Below are positions 1 to 12,199 of a stretch of DNA of 64,000 nt, piece after piece. A program made the position numbers and the translations under genes. Each line of letters begins with the position of its first letter. Positions within the stretch are counted from its first letter, which is position 1. The notes under the pieces are model-generated. The model did not search any database and was not told where the DNA came from. It was given only the letters and a program-made list of their open reading frames with translations. Source of the stretch: Octopus sinensis (lineage: Eukaryota). Location of the stretch: positions 23,138,464-23,202,463 of the forward strand of contig NC_043011.1 of the NCBI RefSeq assembly GCF_006345805.1, read 5' to 3'.

Positions 1-240
1 GGCAGACTGACTGACTGATTGAAATGGGAAGGAAGGAGGGAAGGAATGGAGAAGAGAAGAAAGAAAAAAGGAAGGAAGAAAGAAAAGGAGGGAGGGAGGG
101 AGGAAGAAAGAAAGAAAGAAAAAAGAGAGGGAAGGAAGGTAGGTAGACAAGAAGAAAGGTAGGCGGGAAGGAAGATATGTAGGAAGGTAGGTAAGTAGGA
201 AGTGTGGGACAGTGAGAGGGGGAGAAAAAGGAAAAAGAAA
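1..240. repeat. Purine-rich low-complexity (GGAA/GAAA)n tract
   Basis: Almost exclusively G/A, in degenerate GGAA, GAAA and GGAG units. Confidence 0.85.
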
Positions 241-599
241 GAAAGATTTGAACTTATGAAAGGGTGTATAAACTTGACTATGTTGTTTCCATTCTGCAGA
301 ATATACAATAACACAATTTTTAAGCTTTGCAGTTATAATAACCAGCTTACAATATAAAAAGTCATTAGACAAGTTATGAAAAGGCTGCACTGAGCCTGTT
401 ATTGAATAAAATAAGACTTAAGTGCAGCCTTTCAGGTAGCAGAAATATAACGAGCGTAAGCAGAAGTGGAAAGGTATTTGAGAGACTAATTAAATATATT
501 ATCTTACAAGAAAACTGATAGCTATATGGAAGAAATAGCAGGCAAGGCAGTTGAAACTATACACATTTGTGTATTGCTTTACATTTATCTTTTCAGGTC

Positions 600-870
600 A
601 TCATTTGGCACATCTTTGAATTGCTGAAACTGCAAGCCAGCTGCAGACAATACAGACAGAGCCGAACGCTCAGAGCTTAGTTGTAGGTCTGAAAAGGAAC
701 AGCAGACTACAGCATACGAGTGATCATAAAAAACACAAATTTCACAACTTGTGAAATAAAAACACTGATGTCACTTGGCACACTGCCTCATAAAGGTCAC
801 TGCTAGCTCTCACTGCACAAACAACCATGTGTTGCCACCTGTTGGTGTGCTACAGAACTAATCTGGTTTT
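600..870 (-). mobile_element. Remnant of a mariner 5' end
   Basis: 718-870 is clearly similar to the terminal part of the decayed mariner at about 52000-52165 (tgatca.aaaaacacaaatttcac...tgttgg..tgctaca.aac). Confidence 0.5.
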
Positions 871-999
871 TTTGGGGGGTTTTTTTTTTTTAATACTACC
901 TCATATGTATATAAGGTAGGGGGTTCTATATGAAAACAAAATATATGTGATTGGAAAATGTAATGCAAGGGCAAACAGAGGTGGGAAGTGATGAAATCA

Positions 1000-1560
1000 A
1001 GGCGGTGAAGGAGTACATCTATGTAAGGTACTCAGTGAATATGAGCTGAGCTATGGATACTGAAATCTCAAAGAGAATAAGGGTAGGATGGAAGGCATTT
1101 AACTCAATAAAGTATGTGTTCCAAACAGAACTAAACAATGCCATACATGCCAGACTCTTCAATAGCACTGCCCTACCTATGCTCCTATATGCAAGTGAGA
1201 CATGGACTACTATGAAGAGGACTGAACATCTATTGGCTATGATACAAAGGGCCTTGGAAAGATTCTTGCTAGGAAGATCATTAAGAGAGGACATTTGAAA
1301 TGAGATAATTAGAGAATGGAATGAAGCAAACAATGTGATCAAAGAGTACCAAAAGCACAAGTTCTGCTGGGGCTGGACATGTCACAAGGTTCAGAGACAA
1401 CAAGCGGGTCTGTGCAGTGGCCAAGTGGTATCCAAGAGATTGGAAAAGGCCACTAGGAAAACCTCCATGATGATTTGGTGAAGCAATTTGGGTCAAAGAT
1501 GGAAAAAAAACAGTGCAATCAAGACAAAACTGGAAGCACATTGTGGCTAGCAGTGTGAAA
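1000..1560 (+). mobile_element. RTE-clade LINE ORF2 C-terminal fragment, decayed
   Basis: Reads ISKRIRVGWKAF...RLFNSTALPMLLYASETW...WAGHV..W.PRDWKRPLGKP, with stops and frameshifts; typical RTE C-terminus. Confidence 0.85.
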
Positions 1561-1744
1561 CATCTTCCAGCCAGTTTACATTTCCTCTCTCCCATCAACA
1601 TCTTGCTGAGGATATGTATAGTTAAAGAGCCTTTCTTACTACATAAAGGTTTATATAAATATGCTGACTGACAGTTGTTCGAATGTATGTATATATATAA
1701 ATGTGTATATATATATATGTATATAAATGTATATATATAAATGG

Positions 1745-2090
1745 GTGAAGGCGCATGGCTCAGTGGTTAGAGTGTCAAGCTTACGATCGTGAGGTTGTGA
1801 GCTCGAATCCCAGACCTGGCTGCATGTTGTGTTCTTGAGCAAGACACTTTATTTCACGTTGCTCCAGTTAACTCAGCCGTGAAAATGAGTTGCGACGCCA
1901 CAGGTGCCAAGCTGTATCAGCCTTTGTCTTTCCCTTGGATGACACTGGTGGCATGGAGAGGGGAGGATGGTATGCATGGGCGACTGCTGGCCTTCCATAA
2001 AAAACCTTGCCCGGACTTGTACCTGGGAGGGTAACATTTTAGGTGCAATCCCATGGTCTGTGTCATGACCGAAGGGGTCTCAGAAATGTA
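1745..2090 (+). mobile_element. tRNA-derived SINE (family A)
   Basis: A-box-like tggctcagtgg, B-box-like gagctcgaatccc, then gtgttcttgagcaagacac. Related copies at about 40455-40760 (+), 36050-36375 (-) and 52620-52835 (-). Confidence 0.8.
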
Positions 2091-3464
2091 TGTGTGTGTG
2101 CGCCAGTATGGAAGGAGGAAATCTGAGTTGCCAATTTTGACATATGAGGTATCAAAAGATTCAGTAATCTTTCAGCTACCAAATAAAGTATGTTTTTTTT
2201 TTAAAACAACAATGCTTTTTTTACTACAAAAATAACCTCGAAAATGAGATTGGGGTACAAATTTTTGAGGTCTTTAGCTAAGGAAGGCAATTCTGCTTGA
2301 ACAATCTATGTGGAGTTTTACCAGGAAATGTAACTTCAAAGAAATACCATAAATTTCATTAGGATTATTTAGTAGATAATCTTTTAATGTGAAGTATGTT
2401 TGTATTTTGTTTAGTCCAGAGTTGCCTCTGATGTAGCAGACTCAGTGCATAGTTTTTTTTTCTTCCTGAAATACTGCAAATCTGTGTCTTTCTTTTGATG
2501 AAAGGATGTGCTTTAAGAGAGATGTGGCAGATATTTGTAGTAGCTCAAGTTACCAGACATACCTGTGTGTGTGTGTGTGTGCGTATGCACGCACACGCAC
2601 ATGTTTTGTTGTGGTGAAAAAAATACTTTTTCTCAGAATATTTTGCACAATAAATTTTTAAAGAAATCTGGACATCTTTCTTACTGCTAACCATTCAACT
2701 TCAAATTACAATTGTTAATTGCTGGAAGTCAAGTAGACTGTGATGTATATATACTGTTATCGTAAAGAGTGGAGGTTCAATACAAAGTTTTGAACTATTT
2801 ACCTGGAGGTTAGTAATCCATTACCTTAAATTTGAAGCCACTAAGTCTTTAGACATTATTTTACTGGGTTTAATCGTATGACTGTCGTCATGATGGGATA
2901 TCACTTTTGAAAAATTTAACTGATCATATTGACCTCATTACGTATTTCAATTTGACATTTATTTTATATATCTCTGCTTGATAAGCTTTGAGACAGAGTG
3001 GGACACAATACTTGATTTAACAACAAATGTAACAACACACACAAACATATTTTAGGCACAAAAATGACTGTGTGCTTCAGAAGTTTGCTTCCCAACCATA
3101 TGGTTCCCTGTTCAGTCCCTCTGTATGGTACCTTGGGCAAGTGTTTTCTATTGTAACCCTAGGCCAACCATTAACTTGTGACTGAATTTGGTAGATGGAA
3201 ACTGCAGCATTGTTCATCAGAAAGTGACCATAAAACATGTTTATAATGAAGAGTGGTTTGCTTCATACTCCTCCTGTACCAATTCTGCTCATAAGAAAGG
3301 AACAAAACAATGTGACTGAAGGTCATAACACCTAGGCAATGCTGGGGGGCATTGCTAGTCTTAGATACATTAACAGTTACATTTATCTCAGTTTATGATC
3401 CATAATCTGGGCTGGCTGATGACCAGAAGGACCAACGTTATGAGGTTCTTTTGTAAACTACCTC

Positions 3465-3810
3465 AATGACAAATGACAGACTTGGTTATTGTGGCTGGTG
3501 ACTTCAATGGAAATGCTGGGCAGCATCTCCATGGATTTCATGGTGTGCATGGAGGTTATGGCACTGGCTATAGAAATGAAGAGAGAACAAGGCTGCTGGA
3601 GTTCTGTGATGCAAATAATCTCGTTATCTGCAACACTAACTTCAGGAAACCAGCCAGCCACCTGATCACCTATCAGTGGTGAGCACATAATGTCAGACTG
3701 ATTACCAGCAAGTTTTTAAAATCCTCACAAATGCAAAGTCTTTCCCAGGTGAAAAATGTACATAGATTACTAGATGGTGACTTCAAAATTAGAACTAGAA
3801 GGACTTGGAG
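3465..3810 (+). mobile_element. LINE apurinic endonuclease fragment (RTE-like)
   Basis: VIVAGDFNG...GGYGTGYRNEE.TRLLEFCDANNLVICNTNFRK..SHLITY are APE-domain motifs. Confidence 0.85.
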
Positions 3811-3821
3811 AAATGGCATAA

Positions 3822-4373
3822 AGCCATAAAAACCATGCCAAAACAGACTTTGTTAGCACTGATGCCATGTGAAAAGCACCAAATCTACTCGGTCAAAGTG
3901 ATTGGCAATAGTTAAAAAGAGTATCCAGCCATAAAAACCATGCCAAAACAGACTTTGTTAGCACTGATGCCATGTGAAAAGCACCAAATCTACTCGGTCA
4001 AAGTGATTGGCAATAGTTAAAAAGAGTATCCAGCCATAAAAACCATGCCAAAACAGACTTTGTTAGCACTGATGCCATGTGAAAAGCACCAAATCTACTC
4101 GGTCAAAGTGATTGGCAATAGTTAAAAAGAGTATCCAGCCATAAAAACCATGCCAAAACAGACTTTGTTAGCACTGATGCCATGTGAAAAGCACCAAATC
4201 TACTCGGTCAAAGTGATTGGCAATAGTTAAAAAGAGTATCCAGCCATAAAAACCATGCCAAAACAGACTTTGTTAGCACTGATGCCATGTGAAAAGCACC
4301 AAATCTACTCGGTCAAAGTGATTGGCAATAGTTAAAAAGAGTATCCAGCCATAAAAACCATGCCAAAACAGAC
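3822..4373. repeat. 105-bp tandem repeat, about 5.25 identical units
   Basis: ccataaaaaccatgccaaaacagac recurs at 3824, 3929, 4034, 4139, 4244 and 4349. Confidence 0.95.
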
Positions 4374-5019
4374 CTCACCAGTGCTGGTGACATGTAAAAA
4401 ACATGTTAACTCTGAAAAGTAATTGACATTAGGAAGGACATCCAGCTATAAAAACCATGCCAAAACAGACAGTAAAGCTTGGCACAGTCCTCTGGCTTGC
4501 AAGCTCCTGTTAAGCTGTCCAACCCATGCCAGCATGGAAAACGGATGTTAAATGATGATATATATGTATGTATGTATCAAGCTTTTCAAGCATACAACCA
4601 CACCTATTCCATAAAATTGGGAATTTTTGTTTAATCAATCATTTTTGCATACCATATTACACTTAAAAGAAATTTTTCCTTTTATGTCATCCTTCTGCTT
4701 CCTTGTTTTTTGTCACAGATAATACATGATACACATTACACACACAACCCAGATATTTCAGATACTTTGTGTGAGTGTATATCATCATCATTATCATTTT
4801 ACATTTGCTTTTTTGTCCTAGCATGGATTAGACAGGTTTTCTAGAGCAGTGTTTTACAGGTGGATGCTCTTCCTATTGCCAACCCTTTTGCGAAATATAG
4901 GGACACAGCAACTATTCTGAGACACAGTAACTATTCTAAAACTAAGATGGGATGTGTGTGTGTGTGTGCAGATGTGTCTATTCAAGAAACAACTGCCAAA
5001 AAATCTGAGCTATCATTGA

Positions 5020-5995
5020 ACTGTTGTAAGGTGGTGAGTTGACAGAATCATGAGCACACCAAGCAAAATGCTTAACGGCATTTCATCTGTCTTAACATTG
5101 AGTCCAAATTCTGCCAAGTTTGACCTCGCCTTTCATCCTTTCAGAGTTGATAAAAATAAGTGCCAACATAATCTACTAGCTCCTTGCCATAAAATTTCAG
5201 GCCTTGCACCTATCATAGAAACGGTTACTGAACTGCTGTAGATGTTCTTCAAAGTTTTTGATTTCAAGACCATTGTCACTAATGTGTATAACCATCCTTT
5301 AGTAAATCATATGTTGGACATATTTTTGAACTTGCATTGTTTGCTGACAATCATATCGGTTTCAAATTTTGGCACAAGGCCAGCAGGTTTGGGGGACGGG
5401 GCAAGTCAGCTGGTACTTCTTTTATCGAGCCTGAAAAGATGAAGGACAAAGTTGACCTTGGTTGATTTTGAACTCAAAATATAAAGATGGACAAAATGCC
5501 TTTAAGCATTTTTCCCGGCATGTTATTGATTCTGTTAGCTTGCCACCTTATAATTAAAAAAATGTCAGGGGAAGGGGCAAATCAATTACATCAACCCCAG
5601 TACTCAGCTGGTACTTATTTTATCAATCCCGAAAGGGTGAAAGGCAAAGTTGACCGCAGTGGAATTTGAACTCAGAATGTAAAGACAGACAAAATGCTGG
5701 TAAGCATTTTGCCCAATGTGCTAATGATTTTGCCAGCTTTCTGCCTTCCACTGACAATTATATAAACTAGCTGGATCCATGAAAATTTCATGGAAAACAT
5801 AAAAAATGTAAGCATCTGTAAACAGTGTACTGGTGCCATAAGAAATGTTTGCATATTATGGCTGTCTGTCTTTACGTTCTGAGTTCAAATTCTGCTGAGA
5901 TCGACTTATCCTTTCGAGGTCGATAAATTAAGTACCAGTTGTGCACTGGGGTCGATCTAATCAACTGGCCCCCTCCCCACAAAAATTTCAGGCCT
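5020..5995. mobile_element. Cluster of four tRNA-derived SINE copies (family B, Meta-domain-like centre)
   Basis: Shared gagttcaaattc(c/t)gc.gaggtcgactttgcctttcatcctttc.gggtcgataaaataagtacc motif, in orientations +,-,-,+. More than 15 copies occur across the window (e.g. 29300-29510, 34030-34480, 35280-35700, 41545-42105, 45260-45690, 50990-51210). Confidence 0.8.
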
Positions 5996-6589
5996 AATAA
6001 AGTATATTGTGACAGTTACAGAATATAGAAAGTAATGTAACACCAATGACTATATACTCCAACCAAAATATCTCAGTTACACAAATGTAGAATTACTATT
6101 TAACCTTAAAATACATCTTCTTAGTTGTACAAAAAGTTTTTCTGATATTCTTTTATTCTTGTTTCAGTTATTTGATGGTGGCCATGATGGAGCACCACCC
6201 TTTAGTTGAAGACACTGACCATGGACTTATTGCTTGTAAGCCTGGTGCTTATTCTATCAGTCTCTTCTGCAGAACGACTAAATTACAGGGACGCAAACAC
6301 ACCAACATTGGTTGTCAAGCAATGGTGGTGGTGGGACAAACACAGACACAAACACACACACACACATACATATATGATGGGCTTGGAGAAAGTGGTGATG
6401 CTGGCTTGTGTAATTTTGTGGTTTGCTGGTATACTGAGAGAGATCTAGCGAGCCCCTAACTGGTTCCCCAATCTTAAAGGTGTAATGTGGATGTGTACTG
6501 ATGGAGTGACTGGTGTGGTGGTGATGCTAGCTGGTGCAGTGGTCTTCCTCATAGTACTTCATGGTAGACAATATTTTGTGTGTATGTCA

Positions 6590-7085
6590 CACCACGTTTT
6601 TGGCCTTGTCTGTTATCTTAATTGAGTGTCATAACTCTTACTTTGATATTGTTCATAGCTCGTGCTCCTGAAAATGTGACTTATATTTGGCCATGAGAAA
6701 ATACCGGTTGAGACAAATGTATTCCAACTTTTTTCAAATGTTTGCCCTTGAGCCTTATTAATTGTCATTGAATATCCAAGGCAAAGTGGAAACTGAAGTC
6801 TGTTTAGTGTGAATGGAATTTTTGCATCACTTTGGCTAAGTTTAAATCTGGGAATCAGAACTGTACGACCTTTGTTGGAGTCTGTTACCAGTGATGCCTC
6901 TAAATAATATTCATGAAGCCTTGCACTTTCATGCGAGTTCCATTACCAGCATTACAATAGCCCCTACTTTTAAGTTGAGGCGATGAGGAGACATACTGTA
7001 TGGAGTGAGTTTATGAATTCAAATGGATAGTTCTGAACCCCCTCTTCATTATTGCAGAACACTGAATCTGTGCTTAAGTATGTTT
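6590..7085 (-). mobile_element. Helitron RepHel PIF1-helicase C-terminal fragment, decayed
   Basis: Minus strand reads NYPFEFINSL..PHRLNLKVGAIVML..NGTRM..TVLIPRFKL..LQFPLCLGYSMTINKAQGQTFEK/VGIHLSQPVFSHGQI*VTFSG. Confidence 0.9.
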
Positions 7086-7893
7086 TAAGTGCCTCTAGTA
7101 TAATATTAAGAACTTTTTCATTTATTGCAAGGTAGTCAGAATTTTTAGGAGATAAAAACTACTCATTTTACCATTTCTTCTGGCATGCAGTTGTTGAAAA
7201 TTCCTGGGTACAAATTGAAATGCAAAAGAACGAAATAATAAATGGATTTATGAATAAAAGTTTGGTAATTATGTTTATTTCCACCACGTGACACTTATTA
7301 TTGCAAACATGTTTTAACAAACCTATACTATTTACGCACACAAATACATTCATATATGTATATATATATATATATATGTCTCAAGTTGTAGCTGTAATTC
7401 AAAGGGGCCAGCCTTGTCATATTCTGTGTGAGGCTAAATCTCCCTAAGAACTACGTTAATGTTATGCATGTCTGTGGAGTACTCAGTCATTTGTGAGTTA
7501 ATTTTATCATCGTGTGGTAATGAAAAGTGAAATTGACAGCCAATATTTGCTGTGTGCATGTATCTATGTATGAACTTTTCTTCGGATTTCTGTATCTACT
7601 GTCTCTCTCACTTTCTCCTTCACTTCCTTTGTGTCACTCTTCTCTCACGCTCTTGATTTAACAACATGTGTGTATATCTATGTATCTACTTTCCTTGCGA
7701 TGTGATAAACATTTAAAAACACAAAATGAACACCGTCACCACTCACCGTCTCTTTCACTCTCTTATGTCCTTAGTAACTAAGGGGGATTTGGTTGCAATT
7801 TCTCAGAGTGAGACTCCCATGATAGTAGAGATGACGGATTTGAAATATAAAAAAAACAAACAAAATACATGATGAACAGAACAAGGGTTTTAC

Positions 7894-8027
7894 CTGTAAT
7901 CAGCAATAATTATAAAGTCTTTCGCACATGAGGCAACAATCTTTTCTTGGAACTGACATGCACCACCACCTTTGATGCAATTCAGTTGGTTGTCAACTTC
8001 ATCAGCTCCATCAATAGATATATCTAA
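7894..8027 (-). CDS. RPIA: Ribose-5-phosphate isomerase A, one internal exon (134 nt, phase 0 in, phase 2 out)
   Basis: tttacag|[44 protein letters not shown](R)|gtaaaa. It contains the RpiA signature DGADE...KGGG...QEK, is bounded by AG/GT sites and has no stops. No other RPIA exons were found. Confidence 0.93.
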
Positions 8028-8254
8028 CTGTAAATAAAGTACAAAAAGGATATATATAAAAATACATCTGCATTGATTTGTGAATTTACAATTGTATTGT
8101 ATAATGCATATTAGTGTAAATATGTAAACATAATTTATTATACACTGAAATTATTATTACATGAAGGCAGCTGTGAAACAGCTGTAACCCTAAGGATGAC
8201 AAGTGGATAAATATATTCAACTGTCATGCTCCTTAATTAATTATGGTTCATAAC

Positions 8255-8414
8255 TACACTCACGGAGTGGTTGGCGTTAGGAAGGGCATCCAGCTGTAGA
8301 AACACTGCCAGATCAGACTGGAGCCTGGTGCAGCCCCTGGCTTCCCAGACTCCGGTCGAACCGTCCAACCCGTGCTAGTGCAGAAAACGGACGCTAAACG
8401 ATGATGATGATGAT
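8255..8414 (+). mobile_element. Short copy of the RTE 3'-tail sequence ending in (GAT)n
   Basis: Near-identical to 14785-14944, the 3' end of the RTE LINE. Confidence 0.85.
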
Positions 8415-8529
8415 GTTTGTGTGTGTGTATGATAAGAAATAGTTTTCATTTCTTTTTATGGAAACAAAAAAGATACAAAGGACTGCAAAAAAAAAGTGCT
8501 TAAGTGAGATTGAGACAAAAATCATTGAT

Positions 8530-9065
8530 TAGAGAACAAACATCAAATTTGGACCAATGACTTTATATAATCCCACGCTTCTATACATTTCATCATATAC
8601 AAATAATACCATGGCCTTCAACACATAAGAAATACATATACAAACACCGAAGGTTAGAAATATATATATGCACATATAAAAAAATGTATAGAAGGACCTG
8701 TATTGAAAAATGTAGATAAAAATCAACTAAAGCAGGTGATTAAAAAGAATTACTAAAACATCAATCGACTTAAAGACTTTTATGCTCTTATGTTCCTTTG
8801 ATGCCAGACCTACCATGGATTGCTTCATTTTTAATCAATGGGTGAAAAATCTTTTTACTCAATTGATATATTTTAATAATTCATTCTAATCAACTACTTT
8901 AGTCGATTTTTATATACATTTTTCTGGACAGATCCTTCTATATATATTTTTATGTGCATATTTTATGTATTTCTTTTATATGTTGAAAGCCATGTATATG
9001 ATGAAATATATAGAAGCGTGGGATTATATAAAGTCATTGGCCCAAATTTGATGTTTGTACTATTA
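8530..9065. repeat. Imperfect inverted repeat, arms about 240 bp
   Basis: aaatttggaccaatgactttatataatcccacgcttctata (about 8545-8585) is the reverse complement of about 9010-9050. Similarity extends over roughly 8530-8780 versus 8848-9065. Confidence 0.75.
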
Positions 9066-9087
9066 TCGAAGGTTTTTATGTATACAT

Positions 9088-9150
<63 letters not shown>

Positions 9151-9606
9151 CACATACATAGAAATACACACATATATATACATAGAAATACATATATATA
9201 TATATATATACATAAAGAAAAGCATCAAGTGCCGAAAATGAACTTTCTTATCTTCCATTTTAAAGGGTTACAGAATTAACACAGGTTATAGGAACATAAA
9301 CCTTCTTCCACGAAAAGATAGCTTAAACTGTGCTCTAAATGGAGGTGTAGTCAAATCTAATTTTATGGACTCAACTATAATAATAGTAGGGAATATAATT
9401 CCAAACTTACAGGGAAAAATTCAATTTAGCAATTCTAAATCAAATTTCACAATATATAATATATGTATATAATTGAGAGGAAAACCTCTATTAAGCAATT
9501 CAATAGTGAAAGACGCTATTCACACCATAAAGAAAAAATAAATATACTATAAAAACCGGTTAATATAGGGCGTAACAAATATCAGAAAATCAAAAAAAAA
9601 ATGTGT

Positions 9607-10080
9607 GTAATAGGTGTAAAACAACTTCCTATGAACGAATATGAAAAAAAAAATTCGCGCACGCGAAAGGGGGGTGGGGGAGAGGCCTCGGAAAATTCAC
9701 ATCGGGAAGTTCCGAAAGCGTCTGAGGAGCTGACCCGGGCACCAAAACAAAAAAAAAATAGTGTAATATGTGTAAAACAACTTGCTCTAAACGAATATGA
9801 CAAAAAAATTGCGCTCTCGCGAAAGAGGGGTGGGGGAGAGGCCTCGGAATATTTATATCGGGAATTTCCGAAAGCGTCTGAACCGGGCACAAAAACAAAA
9901 ACAAAAACAGCGTAATAGGTGTAAAACAACTTGCTCTAAACAACTATCATGAAAAAAATGCGCGCTCGCGAAAGGGGGGTGGGGGAGAGGCTTCGGAAAT
10001 TTCACATCTTCAGTCCACGGCCTTTAAACTAAGAAAAAATAGTGTAATTGGTGTAAAACTACTTGTTCTAAACGAGTATC
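9607..10080. repeat. CpG-rich tandem repeat, about 155-bp units, 3 full plus 1 partial
   Basis: gtgtaaaacaactt...cgcgaaaggggg.gggggagagg c.tcggaa recurs near 9611, 9768, 9917 and 10048. Confidence 0.85.
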
Positions 10081-10709
10081 AAGAACACACACTCACACAT
10101 GAATCATAAACTCCGTATTTCGCAAAAAAAAAAAAAATAAAGAGAAGAAATTCTGGAAAAAGTGAAGAAATGTTGGATCTCATTCCAAGGAATGAGATCA
10201 AAGCTATTTTAAACATTAAATTTATGCTTTTCTTTGAAATAGTTCAGATATATGCAATTCTTCTCACTTATTAAGATGCATTTATCAGAAAAAATTATTA
10301 TTTTGTGTCAATCCTTCCCTAATTATCCTTTATTAATTAGTTTTGGCGTGTATTTTTTTCCCAAATTTAATTTTTCACCTTTACAACACTGTTTAGTAAA
10401 AACCTTATTCTAAAAATCAATAAAGTACATAAACATAACAATAAATAAACGAAAAACATTTAACAATATTACTTAAAATAAAACCATAACTTATCTTAAC
10501 GAAGAATTTCTGTTAATTAAAAATTTTAAACGTAATACATAGAACTTAGTGTTTATAAGAAATATATCGCGTGAAAATATGGCGTAAATAAAAATTATAG
10601 AACAAATAGATAGAAATATGTATTTAATCTGTTAAAATGACAAAATGTATTTTAGCTGTGAGTATAAGAAAAAATTAACTGTAATATACCATTTACTGGA
10701 AAATTTTAA

Positions 10710-12169
10710 CCCTTTCGTTACTATATTTCTGACCAAAATACACCCCTCATGAGTTTCAATTAAATTCTAAAATAATCATGAATTTAGGCTTGTTTCATTA
10801 AATAACTAACTTTTTTACTTATCAACATTTTAATGTGATATTTGGAACATAATTAAAGGAAGGGTTCTTAATCAATTCTATTGCATAACTTTTGTCTCAA
10901 AGTGACTTTAATTACAGGTAAATTGAGCAAAAGGTAAAAATATTAAAATTTTAAATTGAGCAAAAGGTAAAAAATTAAAATTTTGTTTAAACATCACCAT
11001 AGAAAATGAATCATCAGCTAATATTCAAATGGGTATGCAACAAAATTTTGATAAAGAAGAATTGTGCACATCACTATATCATCAGTTGAATTTAATGCAC
11101 GACAGGTGTACCATAAAGGTGGAATAAAGTGAAATACTGGAATCCACCGTAAGCTTGACCGAACTAAAGAAATCGGTCAAAAAATAATATACGGCCCTGG
11201 TTATGGAATGGAAGTGATAAATTCCAGACCACATCGTTCCCTAGGCCATGCTGACTAACATTATTTTCCCTGTATAAAAACTAAATCCACGCAGTACCCA
11301 GTAATTTGCTTCACAAATTTCCCAAACTTTGAACCCCGATTTTAGGTTTGTTTACAATTTGCGTAAGTGTGTTTCCACATTGATCGCTTCAAACAATAAC
11401 TTCCAGACCACATCGTACCCTAAGCCATGCTGACTAACATTAGTTTCCCTGTATAAAAACTAAATCCACAACAGTACCCAGTATTTGCTTCACAAATTTC
11501 CCAAACTTTGAACCCCGATTTTGGGTTTGTTTACAATCTGCGTAAGTTTGTTTCCGAAGTGATCACTTCAAACTAGCATACTGAAAAAAATAAAAGTCTA
11601 ATGGTTTCACTTCCTAAGAAAGGCTATAGATCAAATTTATCTCCTCAGAAAAATTGCTAATAAAAACATTTTAAAAGTTTTTTTACTTCATTCCGATGTA
11701 AAATCGTCTTCGCTGTCGCCTTCGCCGCTTTGTTTCTTCGGAAGGCGCTGCTTTCATCTTCGGATAAAAAAATATTCATTATTTTGTACACCACGTGCTT
11801 TAGTACCTATTTCATTCTTTTTCTCGATATCTCCCTATTTTCCGTTGACAAAGCTTTAAATTCGGAATCAATGCTTGATAACATGAAACTCCTATCCATT
11901 TTCAAAGTTGAAGAAAAATCGATGCCGAAAAACGTGTGGAAAAAAATCTCCCAAATTCACTGAGTTGAGATATCACTTCAAGCAATGTCGGATACTATAA
12001 CTTAACTATTTACAATGTGAAATCACATGCTTTAACGAATGTACCAACGAGATTTGGGTTCAAATTTACATTTAAATAACAATGGGTTCTAACGGCCGGG
12101 TATGGCCGGGTTGGTACTTTGAACCAAAAAATATTTCGGCCGGCTACGGCCGGGTTAGTAATGAAAGGG
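10710..12169 (-). mobile_element. Internally deleted piggyBac-like element
   Basis: TTAA|ccctttcgttac at left and gtaatgaaaggg|tagg at right. A minus-strand acidic N-terminus, MDRSFMLSSIDSEFKALSTE, resembles the copy at 16830. It carries an internal ~179-bp tandem duplication (11222-11572). Confidence 0.8.
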
Positions 12170-12199
12170 TAGGCTAAATAATTTAAAACCAAAATAGGT

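Noticed and set aside
3822-4373. Regular repeat resembling a CRISPR array
   Set aside because: The units are identical head-to-tail with no unique spacers, there are no cas genes, and the context is eukaryotic.
7172-7203. 32-nt minus-strand AG/GT-bounded segment just downstream of the RPIA exon
   Set aside because: The translation does not resemble the expected KDS..LG..W.KGIPIEV continuation.
9582-9943. Overlapping ~105-115-aa ORFs on both strands
   Set aside because: They are a by-product of the 155-bp tandem repeat; no homology was recognised.
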